A stretch of DNA of 64,000 bases from Candidatus Omnitrophota bacterium (GTDB lineage: Bacteria; Omnitrophota; Gorgyraeia; 2-01-FULL-45-10): the NCBI GenBank assembly GCA_043798375.1, contig JAZDOS010000042.1:5037-69036 (forward strand), given 5' to 3'. Position numbers and translations under genes: made by a program. The notes under the pieces are model-generated. The model was given only the letters and a program-made list of their open reading frames with translations. It ran no database searches and had not been told where the DNA came from. Every line of letters begins with the position of its first letter. Position 1 is the stretch's first letter. Positions 39,353 to 49,460 of the stretch are shown here, one piece after another.

Positions 39353-40810
39353 ATGAAAGAAGCTAATGTAGCCGATGGGAAGAAACAGTTCTCGCGTGAT
39401 CGTCTCCCGATTCCGACCAAGCTGGCCTATAGCCTTGGCACGGCAGTTGATATGTGGGGCCTCTGGCTGTACCCGGCCGTCGCTTTTGCGGTTTTTAATA
39501 TGTATTTGGGCATTGAGCCGTGGCTGGTGGGTTTGGGGATTACGCTGATCCGGGTCTGGGACGCGTTTATTGATCCTGTGGTGGGGTGGCTGTCCGATAA
39601 TTTGCGTTCCAGATGGGGCCGCCGCCGTCCTTTTATTCTGATCGCCGGTATTATATGCGGACTGTGCCTGCCGGTCCTGTTTTTGGTTTCACCATCATGG
39701 GTTGATATAAAATTCCTCGGCGTCTCCATGGTCTTCTGGTACATGGTGGTGTCCACCATGATCTATATGCCCATAGTCAGCGCTTTTACCGTACCTTACT
39801 ACAGCCTGGGAGCGGAAATGTCGCCTGATTATGAAGAACGCACCTCCATCATGTCCTATCGCAGTATTGCCCAAAAGATATCGGAATTGGGCAATTTTTA
39901 TGCCCTTCGGTTTACCAACCTGGCCTGGTTTCTTGTTCCGGGAACGGCGCAAAAGAATACCCTCATGGGAATGCGGGTCTACACATCGATACTGGGTGTG
40001 GTAATGGCCATTTTTGCCATAATCATTTTCTTCAGGGTTAAAGAACGCTACTATGAGAAAGTGGTGGTGAAGGTTACCAAGAAAATTTCAATCTTAAGCG
40101 GCTTTGGCGAGACTCTCAGGTGTAAGCCGTTCCGCCAGATGATGGTTATGGGCGGCGCTTTTACCCTGGGCACGAGCATGGTGGGCTCGCTCGGTTACTA
40201 TGCCACGGTTTTTTATGTATCCGGCGGCGACAAGATTATCGGGGATAACTGGCAATTCTGGATGGGTGTGGCTTTTATGCTGGGCGGCATTATAGGAGTT
40301 CCTCTGCATGCGAATCTTTCGCATCGTATCGGCAAACGCGAGGCGGCGGTGGTAGCCTGTCTCATAGGCATATGCGGTTACGCCGGTTCCTGGTTCCTGT
40401 ATACGCCGGCGATCCAGTGGCTGCAAACGATCTCGTCGTGTTTGATGGGAATGGCCGCGGCTTCTCTATGGATGCTGCATAGTTCCATCGGCGCCGACAT
40501 TATCGACTATGATGAGCTCAATACGAAAGAAAGAAGAGAAGGTTCTTTTACGGCCTGCGCTTCCTATATTCTAAAACTGGGAAATTCATTCGGGTATTAT
40601 TTTTCCGGCCTTATCCTGACATGGGCGGGTTTTACCTGGAAGCTTAAGGCGCAGGCGCCCCAGACCATATTCTGGATCCGCTCAAGCCTCGCTTTTTTGC
40701 CGGTCGTGGGCCTCATCATCGCTATTATTTTTGTTATGCGCGTGCCGTTGGCAAAACAAAAATCCGAAGAAATCCGAAAACAGCTCGAAGCGCGCAGGGG
40801 CACGGTATAA
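39353..40810 (+). CDS. MFS glycoside-pentoside-hexuronide (GPH) sugar:cation symporter
   Basis: WDAFIDPVVGWLSD..RSRWGRRRPF, PYYSLGAEMS.DYEER, ADIIDYDE...RREG. Confidence 0.92.
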   Translation: MKEANVADGKKQFSRDRLPIPTKLAYSLGTAVDMWGLWLYPAVAFAVFNMYLGIEPWLVGLGITLIRVWDAFIDPVVGWLSDNLRSRWGRRRPFILIAGIICGLCLPVLFLVSPSWVDIKFLGVSMVFWYMVVSTMIYMPIVSAFTVPYYSLGAEMSPDYEERTSIMSYRSIAQKISELGNFYALRFTNLAWFLVPGTAQKNTLMGMRVYTSILGVVMAIFAIIIFFRVKERYYEKVVVKVTKKISILSGFGETLRCKPFRQMMVMGGAFTLGTSMVGSLGYYATVFYVSGGDKIIGDNWQFWMGVAFMLGGIIGVPLHANLSHRIGKREAAVVACLIGICGYAGSWFLYTPAIQWLQTISSCLMGMAAASLWMLHSSIGADIIDYDELNTKERREGSFTACASYILKLGNSFGYYFSGLILTWAGFTWKLKAQAPQTIFWIRSSLAFLPVVGLIIAIIFVMRVPLAKQKSEEIRKQLEARRGTV

Positions 40811-40831
40811 GTAATCGTCTTATTCAGCCTT

Positions 40832-40869
40832 GGCCGTAGGGGAGGTTTAAACCTCCCCTACGGCCTTTT
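40832..40869 (+). terminator. REP-like palindrome/intrinsic terminator
   Basis: ggccgtaggggaggttt|aaacctcccctacggcc followed by tttt. Confidence 0.7.
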
Positions 40870-40902
40870 GAGTAACGTTTAAAAATTACCGGCGGGAAGC
40901 TT

Positions 40903-42579
40903 ATGAATGAATTAAAGTTCGGCACAAGCGGATTAAGGGATACGGTCGAAAATATGACCGACATGGAATGTTATGTTAACGCAAGGGGCTTCATCGCGTA
41001 TCTTAAGAAGACAGGAGAGTTTGAAAAAGGCGATTGTATCGCGATAGGCGGAGATAGAAGGCCCAGTACGTATAAGATAAAAAGGGCTGTCGCGGCCGCT
41101 ATTTACGATATGGGCGGTATGGTAGACGACCAGGGGCGCATTCCCAGCCCCGCCCTGGCTTATTACGCAATGCGCAATAATATGGCCAGTATCATGGTTA
41201 CGGGCAGCCATATACCGGCGGATAGGAATGGTATAAAGTTTACGAAACGAACAGGCGAGATATTAAAATCGGATGAGCCGGATATTTTGGAAAATGTAAA
41301 GAAAGAGAGGGTAAAAGTTTATTCTACCCGCGGCGAAGGCTCAATTTTTGATAAAGATGGGGCTTTTAAGGCAGCGCTCGGGCCTGAGTTTAACGGGTTA
41401 TTAAGGGCCGAATATTATACGGGTGAGGCTCGTAAATTATATATAGACAGGTATAGAAGCGTGTTCGGCAATAATTTTTTTCCTGAAGGGACAAAAATAT
41501 TTCTGTATCAACATTCCGCTGTTGGTAGAGATATCGTAAAGGAGATCTTTGAAAATTTAGGCGCTAAAGTCTTTGCCCCCGATATCAAGATAGGCGATGA
41601 ACCCTTAAGAAGCGATGAGTTTGTCCCGGTCGATACCGAAAGCGTTTCCGACAAGACTTTATCGCTATTTAAGAAGGTTCTCGCGGATAATGATCTTGAT
41701 ATCGGAATAACGCTGGACGGCGATTCGGATAGGCCGCTTCTGGTTTACAGGGTTTATGAAGAAGGCAAACCGACTGACGAAGTTTACCCCGTTAGAGAAC
41801 CGCGGTTCTCTAACGGGGTAAAATATATAACCGGCGATATTTTAGGGTTACTTGCCGTATTGGGTTTGGAAAAATTAAATATAAAAATAGACGCCGTGTG
41901 CGTTCCCGTAAGCGCGAATGATTCTATCGAAAAGATCTGTAAAGACAAAGGCATAGAATTGACCCAGACCAGGATAGGGTCCCCTTTCGTTATTGCCGCG
42001 ATGAATGATTCTATCGGCCGCCATTCGGCCGGATGGAATGTGGTTTCATGGGAATCGAACGGCGGTTTTTTAACAGGAACCGATCTCAAGATAGGAGATA
42101 AAACCCTCAAGGCCTTACCTACCAGAGACGCGGTGCTTCCGCTCGTAAGCGCCATACATTTGATCGTAAAAAGCGGATCGAGCGTTTCGCGATTTTTAAA
42201 GGCGCTTCCCTCAAGGTTTACGCATGCGGACAGAATTAAAGAATTTCCCATTGCTTTGAGTAACGCCATAATCAGTTATTTAACCCCCGAAGATTTGAAT
42301 GACCGAAAAGAGTCCGAAATCATTAAAAAGAGGATAGAAGAAGTATTTCTTAAGTGTGATGGTTTTGGAAAAGTTAAAAACGTGAATTATACGGATGGCA
42401 TAAGGATACGATTTACCAACGGCGAGATATCGCACTTAAGGCCGTCCGGCAACGCGCCGGAGTTCAGGAATTACGCTATCGCGGACTCACAGGAGAGGGC
42501 GGAGGAAATGGCGCGGATAGGGATTGAGAAGATAATACCGATGTTGGCCGAGAGGATTGCTTCTTCAGGCCTATTTTGA
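40903..42579 (+). CDS. manB: Phosphomannomutase/phosphoglucomutase
   Basis: FGTSGLR, VTGSHIP..RNGIKF, DGDSDRP, ESNGGF, HLRPSGNAPEFR. Confidence 0.9.
   Translation: MNELKFGTSGLRDTVENMTDMECYVNARGFIAYLKKTGEFEKGDCIAIGGDRRPSTYKIKRAVAAAIYDMGGMVDDQGRIPSPALAYYAMRNNMASIMVTGSHIPADRNGIKFTKRTGEILKSDEPDILENVKKERVKVYSTRGEGSIFDKDGAFKAALGPEFNGLLRAEYYTGEARKLYIDRYRSVFGNNFFPEGTKIFLYQHSAVGRDIVKEIFENLGAKVFAPDIKIGDEPLRSDEFVPVDTESVSDKTLSLFKKVLADNDLDIGITLDGDSDRPLLVYRVYEEGKPTDEVYPVREPRFSNGVKYITGDILGLLAVLGLEKLNIKIDAVCVPVSANDSIEKICKDKGIELTQTRIGSPFVIAAMNDSIGRHSAGWNVVSWESNGGFLTGTDLKIGDKTLKALPTRDAVLPLVSAIHLIVKSGSSVSRFLKALPSRFTHADRIKEFPIALSNAIISYLTPEDLNDRKESEIIKKRIEEVFLKCDGFGKVKNVNYTDGIRIRFTNGEISHLRPSGNAPEFRNYAIADSQERAEEMARIGIEKIIPMLAERIASSGLF
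41783..41822. repeat. Perfect 40-bp palindrome inside the PMM coding sequence
   Basis: tttaccccgttagagaaccg|cggttctctaacggggtaaa, read in frame as YPVREPRFSNGVK. Confidence 0.9.
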
Positions 42580-42593
42580 TATAATGGAATGAT

Positions 42594-43451
42594 ATGGAAT
42601 TCAAGAAGAGCAGATGGTTCCGGAATACCGCGATGAAGGGCGTGATATACGCGTTCCTCATCCTCGGCGCCGTCTCCATAGCGATCCCGTATGTCTGGAT
42701 GTTCGTCACAAGCCTTAAGCCCGTCGAAGAGGTGCAGTCGTACCCGCCTTCTTTTATTGTGAGGCATCCTACGCTCCTGCCTTATCATGACCTCTTTCGG
42801 CTCATGCCGATACTGAGGTACATCTGGAACTCCATATACGTCGCGGCTGCCGTCACTATCGCCAATATATTCCTCTGCTCGCTGGCGGGCTACGCGTTCG
42901 CCAAACACAGGTTCTGGGGTAGAGATAAGATATTCTTTGTCCTCCTGGGTTCGCTCATGATACCGTGGCAGGTTAACATCATTTCAGGGTTCATCCTGAT
43001 GAGGAAATTAGGCTGGCTCAATTCGTATAACGCATTGATCGTTCCGGCCATGGCGGGAGTCTTCGGCATTTTCCTGTGCAGGCAGTTCATAATGTCAATA
43101 CCGGATGACCTGGTGGATGCGGCGAAGATCGACGGGTGCAGTGAGTTCACCATCTACCGCCTCGTCATACTGCCGCTGATAAAGCCGGTCATTGCGACGC
43201 TGGCGATTCTTACGTTCCTCCAGCAATGGAACAACTTCATATGGCCCCTCATAGTGATAAGCTCGAGCGAGATGCGCACGCTGCCTCTGGCCCTCTCCGT
43301 GCTCAACAGCCAGTTCGGCACGAGATTCGCGATGGTCATGGCCGGCGCAGTGGTGGCGACGACGCCGATGCTCATCGTCTTCCTGTTGTTCCAGAAGTAT
43401 TTCATGAAGGGGATAGCGATGACGGGGCTTAAGGGGTATGAAAAGATGTAG
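42594..43451 (+). CDS. Carbohydrate ABC transporter permease (MalG/UgpE type)
   Basis: SIPDDLVDAAKIDG EAA loop, WNNFIWPL, QKYFMKGI. Confidence 0.93.
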   Translation: MEFKKSRWFRNTAMKGVIYAFLILGAVSIAIPYVWMFVTSLKPVEEVQSYPPSFIVRHPTLLPYHDLFRLMPILRYIWNSIYVAAAVTIANIFLCSLAGYAFAKHRFWGRDKIFFVLLGSLMIPWQVNIISGFILMRKLGWLNSYNALIVPAMAGVFGIFLCRQFIMSIPDDLVDAAKIDGCSEFTIYRLVILPLIKPVIATLAILTFLQQWNNFIWPLIVISSSEMRTLPLALSVLNSQFGTRFAMVMAGAVVATTPMLIVFLLFQKYFMKGIAMTGLKGYEKM

Positions 43452-43499
43452 GCCGGTAAAATAGGAAATAGTGAAGAGCATTGCGCTGAAAGGATAATC

Positions 43500-45158
43500 A
43501 TGAAAAGTAAAAAGGTAAAAGTAAAAAGGCAAAAGTTCAATTCAAAATTTAAAATTAAAAAAGTTGTTTTTTTAGCGTTATCATGCCTGTTTATGCTCAC
43601 AAGCGTCTCCTGCGCGCAGACGACGAACGAGCCGCAAACGAAGACGAACAACGAACAACGAGCAACGAACAACGAGCTTGTATATCTTAAGGCCGAGAAC
43701 GCGGTCGCCTCCGGGTTCGACGAAAGCCCGGATTGGGCGCCGAAGCCGGATGCCATGGCGGTGATCGACGGTGATATGGAGACGAGGTGGTCTTCCGGGT
43801 ATACGGACGGCGAATGGATATACCTTGACTTCGGCAAACCGAAAACGATATCGAGAGTGGTTATAATTTGGGAGCAGGCTTACGCGGCGGATTTTGATAT
43901 ATTGACTTCGGACGACGCCGTTGCATGGAAGGACCTTTTCTCTTTGAAGAGCCAGAAAGGGGATGCCAGCGATATAAAATTCGCCCCTGTCACCGCAAGA
44001 TATATAAAGGTAGTCGGTGTAAAACGCGCGAACCCTGAATGGGGCATTTCGATGTGGGAGATAGAGCCCTATGGGCCAAAGGCATTGAATCCCGGAGAGC
44101 TGCCCAAGGAAGAGATCTTTAAGTCGAGCGAAGAGAAGATCGAGCTTGAGAATAAGAGAAAAGTTCTTTTAAAGAAGATAGAAGGCCGTATAGTCGCCTC
44201 GCCCGGCCCGATAACTTCGGGAGAGTTCCAGAAAGGCATCAACTACACTTCATGGAAACCGGATGAGCTTGCCGGAGATACGTCGGATTGCAGCCTGATA
44301 TACCTGTCGCAATTGGGCGTCAAGCATATAGCGCTGATGGCCGTCTGGTACCAGGCGGATGCCGCCTCAAAGAAGATCTATACCGATCCCGAGAAGACCC
44401 CGAGCGATGAGTCTTTGAGCCACGCGATAAACACGATGCATGCCCTTGGCATGAAAGTGATGCTGAAACCCCATGTGGACCTCGCGGACGGGGAAGTGCG
44501 GACCAACATTATCTCGAGCGAGGAATGGTTCGCGAGCTATAAAGAGTTCATCCTGCATTACGCGCGGCTTGCGGCAAAGTACAACGTGGAACTCCTCTGC
44601 ATCGGCACGGAGCTGTCGAACACATCGTTTTCGAAATGGAAGGCCCAGTGGCTGGACGTCATAGCCGCGATCAGGGCCGTTTATAAAGGGCCGATAACAT
44701 ACGCGGCGAATTGGGATGAGTATGAGAGCGTTTCGTTCTGGACAGGCGTCGATTATATAGGAATGGACGCGTATTTTCCGCTTACCGACAAAACAAATCC
44801 TACCGGAGAAGAGCTTGTAAAGGGGTGGGAGAAGAACGCCGACGTTATAGAAACATGGCTCAAGGATAATAAATTGAATAAGCCGGTAATATTCACCGAG
44901 GTCGGATACGATACTATAGAAGGGTCTAACAAACAGCCATGGCGGGTTCTGCCGACAATGGCGAAATATAAAGAGAGCCAGGACGAACAGGCGGACTGCC
45001 TTGAAGCGCTCTTCCTGGCGCTTTCGAAGAGGCCGTGGTTCAAGGGCTTCTACTGGTGGAACTATTTTCCGAGGCCCGACATAGGCCCCCTTGGCTACAC
45101 TCTCCGCGGGAAGAAAGGCGAGAAGGTGCTTGTGGAGTGGTTCGGTAAACTAAAATGA
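43500..45158 (+). CDS. Secreted discoidin (F5/8, CBM32) + GH113 beta-mannanase-like protein
   Basis: AVIDGDMETRWSS..EWIYLDFG (F5/8); VMLKPHVD, CIGTEL, YAANWD, IGMDAYFPL, FTEVGY (GH113). The exact start is uncertain because the N-terminus is repeat-derived. Confidence 0.88.
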   Translation: MKSKKVKVKRQKFNSKFKIKKVVFLALSCLFMLTSVSCAQTTNEPQTKTNNEQRATNNELVYLKAENAVASGFDESPDWAPKPDAMAVIDGDMETRWSSGYTDGEWIYLDFGKPKTISRVVIIWEQAYAADFDILTSDDAVAWKDLFSLKSQKGDASDIKFAPVTARYIKVVGVKRANPEWGISMWEIEPYGPKALNPGELPKEEIFKSSEEKIELENKRKVLLKKIEGRIVASPGPITSGEFQKGINYTSWKPDELAGDTSDCSLIYLSQLGVKHIALMAVWYQADAASKKIYTDPEKTPSDESLSHAINTMHALGMKVMLKPHVDLADGEVRTNIISSEEWFASYKEFILHYARLAAKYNVELLCIGTELSNTSFSKWKAQWLDVIAAIRAVYKGPITYAANWDEYESVSFWTGVDYIGMDAYFPLTDKTNPTGEELVKGWEKNADVIETWLKDNKLNKPVIFTEVGYDTIEGSNKQPWRVLPTMAKYKESQDEQADCLEALFLALSKRPWFKGFYWWNYFPRPDIGPLGYTLRGKKGEKVLVEWFGKLK

Positions 45159-45164
45159 TCATGG

Positions 45165-45288
45165 ATTGCGTTAATCGGTTGCGGTTGCGCGGCTCGTCAC
45201 GTCAAATGTTATGTGTCTATCGTTAAAAAAGACGCAACCGATGTACGATAAACGAAACGAGCAGCGCAACCGATGGACGACAGACGAT
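45165..45288 (+). repeat. Repeat family A, gene-less copy
   Basis: cggttgcggttgcgcggctcgtcacg...gacgcaaccgatgtacgataaacgaaacgagcagcgcaaccgat. Confidence 0.9.
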
Positions 45289-45291
45289 CCT

Positions 45292-45960
45292 ATGCGTATC
45301 CTAGTCATCGAAGACGAGAAGAAGATAGCGGATTTCATCAAGCGCGGCCTGAAGGAAGAAGGTTACGCCGTCGACGCGGCATACGACGGCGCCGAAGGGC
45401 AGTTCCTGGCGAAGACCAACAGCTATGACCTCATTCTTCTCGACCTCATGCTGCCGAAAATCGACGGCCTTACCCTCTGCGGCAATCTGAAGAAAGAAGG
45501 GATCGCGATTCCCGTAATCATGCTGACGGCGAAAGACACCGTTGAAGACAAGGTCACCGGCCTCGACGCGGGCGCCGACGATTATATTACGAAACCCTTC
45601 GTCTTCGAAGAACTGCTTGCGAGAGTCCGCGCCGTATTAAGGAAGAAAGGTTCGAAAGAAGCGGCGAAGCTCGAGGTCGAGGACCTTAAACTTGACATCA
45701 TTACCCATAAAGTTACCCGCCGGGACAAAGAGATAATTTTAACGGCCAAAGAGTACGCGCTGTTGGAATACCTTATGCGTAATGCCGGCTCCATCGTCAC
45801 CAGGACGATGATATCGGAGCACGTATGGGACATAGACTTTGACACATTCACGAACGTGATAGATGTCTATATCAATTATTTGAGAAACAAGATCGACGCG
45901 GGGCACGCGAAGAAGCTGATCCATACGGTTCGGGGGAGAGGGTACACCCTGAAAGCATAA
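45292..45960 (+). CDS. OmpR-family response regulator
   Basis: MRILVIEDE, LLDLMLP, GADDYITKPF, HTVRGRGY. The longer ORF start (45211) lies inside the repeat. Confidence 0.95.
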   Translation: MRILVIEDEKKIADFIKRGLKEEGYAVDAAYDGAEGQFLAKTNSYDLILLDLMLPKIDGLTLCGNLKKEGIAIPVIMLTAKDTVEDKVTGLDAGADDYITKPFVFEELLARVRAVLRKKGSKEAAKLEVEDLKLDIITHKVTRRDKEIILTAKEYALLEYLMRNAGSIVTRTMISEHVWDIDFDTFTNVIDVYINYLRNKIDAGHAKKLIHTVRGRGYTLKA

Positions 45961-45964
45961 ATCC

Positions 45965-46100
45965 GGTTACATAAAACGGTTGCGGTTGCGCGGCTCGTCA
46001 CGTCAAACGTTATGCGTCTATCGTTAAAAAAGACGCAACCGATGTACGATAAACGAAACGAGCAGCGCAACCGATAGACGAATAACGCAACCCGCTAGGG
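45965..46100 (+). repeat. Repeat family A, gene-less copy
   Basis: Nearly identical to 45165-45288; its 3' end acgcaacccgctagg matches acgtaacccgatagg of the filled copy. Confidence 0.9.
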
Positions 46101-46110
46101 AAAATAACGC

Positions 46111-47574
46111 ATGTTTTATAAGTCCATCCGCTTCAAAATAACGATCCTCTACATGGCGATTCTCGCCCTGACCATCTCATCCTTCAGCGCCGTCCTATAC
46201 CATAATGTATCCCAGGGTCTGTACAACAATATGGACATCCTCTTAAAGTCAAAGGCCGGCGGTATATCAAAGGCGATCAATACCTACTGGGAGACATCGA
46301 CCCTGGAAGAGCTGGCAAGCGGTGTCCAGCCCGACGAGGTTTTAAGAAAAAGGCGCAATTTCAACTTCACGAAAGTCGCCCAGAACTGGGTAAGGGAAGA
46401 GTCGAAGGACCCGGAACTTCTGAGCATCATAGTCACAGTTTTCGATACCGACGGCGCGACGATCGCCTCATCCAAAAATGCCCGGGGGCTTACCCAGATC
46501 CCGAGAAGAGACTTTATATCCGTTCTGCAGGGCAAGGCCAGGTTCGACACCGTAGGATCGATGAGAATATACACGACGCCCGTATTTGAGAATGAAAAGG
46601 TCGCGTATATCGTGCAGGTCGCAAGCTCCCTTCAGCCGTTACAGGCCGCGCTCAACAATATAAGAGTGGCGCTCTTCGTGTTATTCCCCATCACCGTGCT
46701 TGCGACCGGAATAATGGGCGCGCTTCTTGCCAAGGTCACTCTTCGCCCGGTCGACAGGATGATACATACGATACATCAGATCACGGCGGAAAATATGAGG
46801 CTGAGGCTCGAGAATCCCAATACGAAAGACGAGATCCAGAAACTTGCCGCGACGTTCAACAGCATGCTCGAGCGCCTCGAACATGCCTTCGCGTCACAGA
46901 AAAAACTTTTCGAGAACCTGTCGCATGAACTGAAGACGCCGCTGACCATATTGAAAGGTGAATTCGAAGTGGTTCTGAAGAAGACCCGCTCCCAGGCGGA
47001 GTATGAGGCGATACTGAAGAGCGCCCTTGAAGAGGTTGACAGGATGACGAGGCTTGCCGGGAACCTGCTTGAGCTTGCAAGGCTTGAGTCGAAAGAGGTA
47101 TTTCCCGAGAAGAAGAGGCTTAACCTTAATCTTATAGTGCGCGGCATAGTCAATAATATAAGGAAAGTCGCGGAATCCAAGAATATCAGCGTTTCATGCA
47201 GGGCCGAAGACGAACTGTTCGTAGAAGGGGACGAGGACAGGCTGAAGACCATGTTCCTTAATATACTGGACAACGCGGTCAAGTATACAAAACCCGGAGG
47301 CGGCATATCCGTGACATCGGAAAGACACGGCTCGTTTGTAAATGTAAAGATAGACGATACGGGAATAGGCGTTTCTAAGGAGGAAATAGACCACATCTTT
47401 GACCGGTTCTACCGCACCGAGAACGCGAGGGCAAATATGGGGTTCGGCCTGGGGCTAAGCATAGCCAAATCTATAGTAGAGGCGCACAAGGGCGATATCA
47501 AGGTAGAGAGCCGGTCTTCCAAAGGCACAGCATTTACCGTTTCCCTGCCCCTCTCCGCCTACGCAATCAACTAG
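46111..47574 (+). CDS. Sensor histidine kinase (2 TM, HAMP, HisKA, HATPase)
   Basis: [36 protein letters not shown]. Confidence 0.95.
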   Translation: MFYKSIRFKITILYMAILALTISSFSAVLYHNVSQGLYNNMDILLKSKAGGISKAINTYWETSTLEELASGVQPDEVLRKRRNFNFTKVAQNWVREESKDPELLSIIVTVFDTDGATIASSKNARGLTQIPRRDFISVLQGKARFDTVGSMRIYTTPVFENEKVAYIVQVASSLQPLQAALNNIRVALFVLFPITVLATGIMGALLAKVTLRPVDRMIHTIHQITAENMRLRLENPNTKDEIQKLAATFNSMLERLEHAFASQKKLFENLSHELKTPLTILKGEFEVVLKKTRSQAEYEAILKSALEEVDRMTRLAGNLLELARLESKEVFPEKKRLNLNLIVRGIVNNIRKVAESKNISVSCRAEDELFVEGDEDRLKTMFLNILDNAVKYTKPGGGISVTSERHGSFVNVKIDDTGIGVSKEEIDHIFDRFYRTENARANMGFGLGLSIAKSIVEAHKGDIKVESRSSKGTAFTVSLPLSAYAIN

Positions 47575-47612
47575 TGATAGAGCAGGTGCTTCGGCGGACA
47601 AGCATTAGAATA

Positions 47613-47658
47613 TTTTAATATTCTTCTAACCTTCTTTTAACCGCAGGTAATGTATAAT
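47613..47658 (+). promoter_or_regulatory. Putative OmpR/PhoB-type tandem boxes plus -10 element
   Basis: Repeats with an 11-bp period, ttttaatattc/ttctaaccttc/ttttaaccgca, followed by TATAAT (47653-47658). Confidence 0.5.
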
Positions 47659-47696
47659 TAAGGTAGAGGATAAAAAATAGAAAGGGGGGCAGTTGT

Positions 47697-48287
47697 ATGA
47701 AAAAGTTAATGGTCATAGCTCTGGCGATAGCCTTTGCATTCGGCTTCTCGAGCTTAGCCCGGGCCGAAGAGAAGGTCATATTCGGTTTTGAAAAGGATAC
47801 CCAGGGCTGGGAGATACCGGAATGGGCGCTTGAGCAGGAGGATCACGTAGCGAAGACGGCGGAGTCTTCCAAAGATTTCGCTAAAGAAGGCAAGGGGTCG
47901 CTTAAAGTAATGGCGGACTTCCCGGGCAAGATATGGGCGGCCGGGCTGGTGGAGGATTTTGAGTATTTTGACTGGACGCCTTACAAGGCCATATCCGTCG
48001 ATGTCTACATACCCAAAGACGCGCCGGTCGGATTAAAGGCAAAGATAGTATTGACGGTAGGCGAAGGCTGGAAGTTCATCGAAATGGCGCGCTCGATCGC
48101 GCTCGTCCCGGGAGAGTGGGTTACGATCACCGCGGATCTTATGCCCGGAAGCGAAGATTGGAAGAGGACGGTAGTTGACGATAATTTCAGGAAAGACGTC
48201 CGTAAGATAGCCGTCAGAGTCGAGTCGAACAGGAAACCGGAATATAAGGGCCCATTCTACGTCGATAATATAAGGCTTACAAAGTAA
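47697..48287 (+). CDS. Secreted CBM-like (galactose-binding beta-sandwich) protein, paralog 1
   Basis: Signal peptide; FGFEKD.QGWEIP.W, EGKGSL, DWTPY, YVDNIRL; similar to 49461..50063 along its full length. Confidence 0.75.
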   Translation: MKKLMVIALAIAFAFGFSSLARAEEKVIFGFEKDTQGWEIPEWALEQEDHVAKTAESSKDFAKEGKGSLKVMADFPGKIWAAGLVEDFEYFDWTPYKAISVDVYIPKDAPVGLKAKIVLTVGEGWKFIEMARSIALVPGEWVTITADLMPGSEDWKRTVVDDNFRKDVRKIAVRVESNRKPEYKGPFYVDNIRLTK

Positions 48288-48300
48288 TTTGAATAACCGT

Positions 48301-48341
48301 ATTAACCTTTAAGGTTGCCTACGGCAACCTTAAAGGTTAAT
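48301..48341. repeat. REP-like nested palindrome (AACCT-N3-AGGTTGCC family)
   Basis: attaacctttaaggttgcc-tac-ggcaaccttaaaggttaat. Confidence 0.88.
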
Positions 48342-48362
48342 ATGGGTTAGGGTAGCAGGGTC

Positions 48363-48391
48363 TTGACCATGCCCGCGAAAAGTAGTATAAT
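48363..48391 (+). promoter_or_regulatory. Sigma70-type promoter
   Basis: TTGACC (48363-48368), 17 bp, TATAAT (48386-48391). Confidence 0.7.
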
Positions 48392-48414
48392 ATATATTCT
48401 CATAAGAGGTTAAA

Positions 48415-49452
48415 ATGATTAAAAGACTTATATTGATAATCGTTATAATGGTTCTCTTTTGCGGGCCCGCCTTCTCTTATGAATGGCAAAAGGGTATTTG
48501 CTATACTGCCTGGGCGAAAGATAAATACTCGTCCACTGCTTCCGACGAATCCCTCCGGGCCCTCTCTGAAACCGGGGCTAATTGGGTAAGCATCCTGACC
48601 ACATGGTATCAGGATACGTGTCACGATACGGATATACACCCCACCGAGAAGACCCCAAGCGACGAAAGCATCATTCACGCCATCAAAGAAGCGCATTCTC
48701 TCGGGATGAAGGTCATGATAAAGCCTCATCTCGATATCATAGACACTTCCGACGGGAGCTGGCGCGGAGATATAGGATGCAAGATAGATACCGACTGGGA
48801 CGCATGGTTTGAGAGTTACAAAGATTTCATTGTCCATTATGCCGTATTGGCGGAGGAGAACAAGGCCGAGATGTTGTGCATCGGTACCGAGCTTACATCC
48901 ATTTCCGCGATAAAAGAGGATAAGTGGAGAAACGTAGTAATTAAATCGGTCAGAGAGGCATATAAGGGGCCGTTGACATACGCGTCAAACTGGAATGATG
49001 AATACGGGCACATCAAATTCTGGGATGCCCTTGACTACGTAGGCATCGATGCCTATTACCCGCTTGTGGAAGACAAGGCTGTGCCGACGTTAGAAGAGAT
49101 AAAGAAAGGGTGGGAGCCGTGGGTGAAAGACCTCGAGGCGTTTCAGGAGAGGGTCGATAAACCGATAATATTCCCGGAGGTAGGATATTGCAGCGCGGAC
49201 TGGACGGCGAAAACCCCATGGGAAGAGCTTACCGGACATACGAATGTGAAGCTTCAGGCGGACTGTTACGAAGCTCTTTTGCAAACTTTCTGGCAGAAGG
49301 ATTGGTTTTACGGGGTCTATTGGTGGAGATGGGGGACAAATAAGGACTTCGGCGGCCCCAACAACAGGGGTTATATTTTCCGCAATAAACCCGCCGAGAA
49401 GATCGTGGAAAAGTGGTATGAGAAGCATGTGCCGACAAAGTTGAAGTACTAA
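48415..49452 (+). CDS. Secreted GH113 beta-mannanase-like glycoside hydrolase
   Basis: Signal peptide; VMIKPHLD, WRG, CIGTEL, YASNW, GIDAYYPL, FPEVGY. Confidence 0.9.
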   Translation: MIKRLILIIVIMVLFCGPAFSYEWQKGICYTAWAKDKYSSTASDESLRALSETGANWVSILTTWYQDTCHDTDIHPTEKTPSDESIIHAIKEAHSLGMKVMIKPHLDIIDTSDGSWRGDIGCKIDTDWDAWFESYKDFIVHYAVLAEENKAEMLCIGTELTSISAIKEDKWRNVVIKSVREAYKGPLTYASNWNDEYGHIKFWDALDYVGIDAYYPLVEDKAVPTLEEIKKGWEPWVKDLEAFQERVDKPIIFPEVGYCSADWTAKTPWEELTGHTNVKLQADCYEALLQTFWQKDWFYGVYWWRWGTNKDFGGPNNRGYIFRNKPAEKIVEKWYEKHVPTKLKY

Positions 49453-49460
49453 AATTTTTT

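Noticed and set aside
45211-45291. N-terminal extensions of the response regulator (also permease 37359 and agmatinase 59955)
   Set aside because: The extensions are translations of repeat elements; family homology begins at downstream ATGs.
45292-47574. Naming the two-component system cusRS or phoBR
   Set aside because: Only family-level motifs are visible, and there are no metal-efflux or phosphate genes nearby to fix the specificity.
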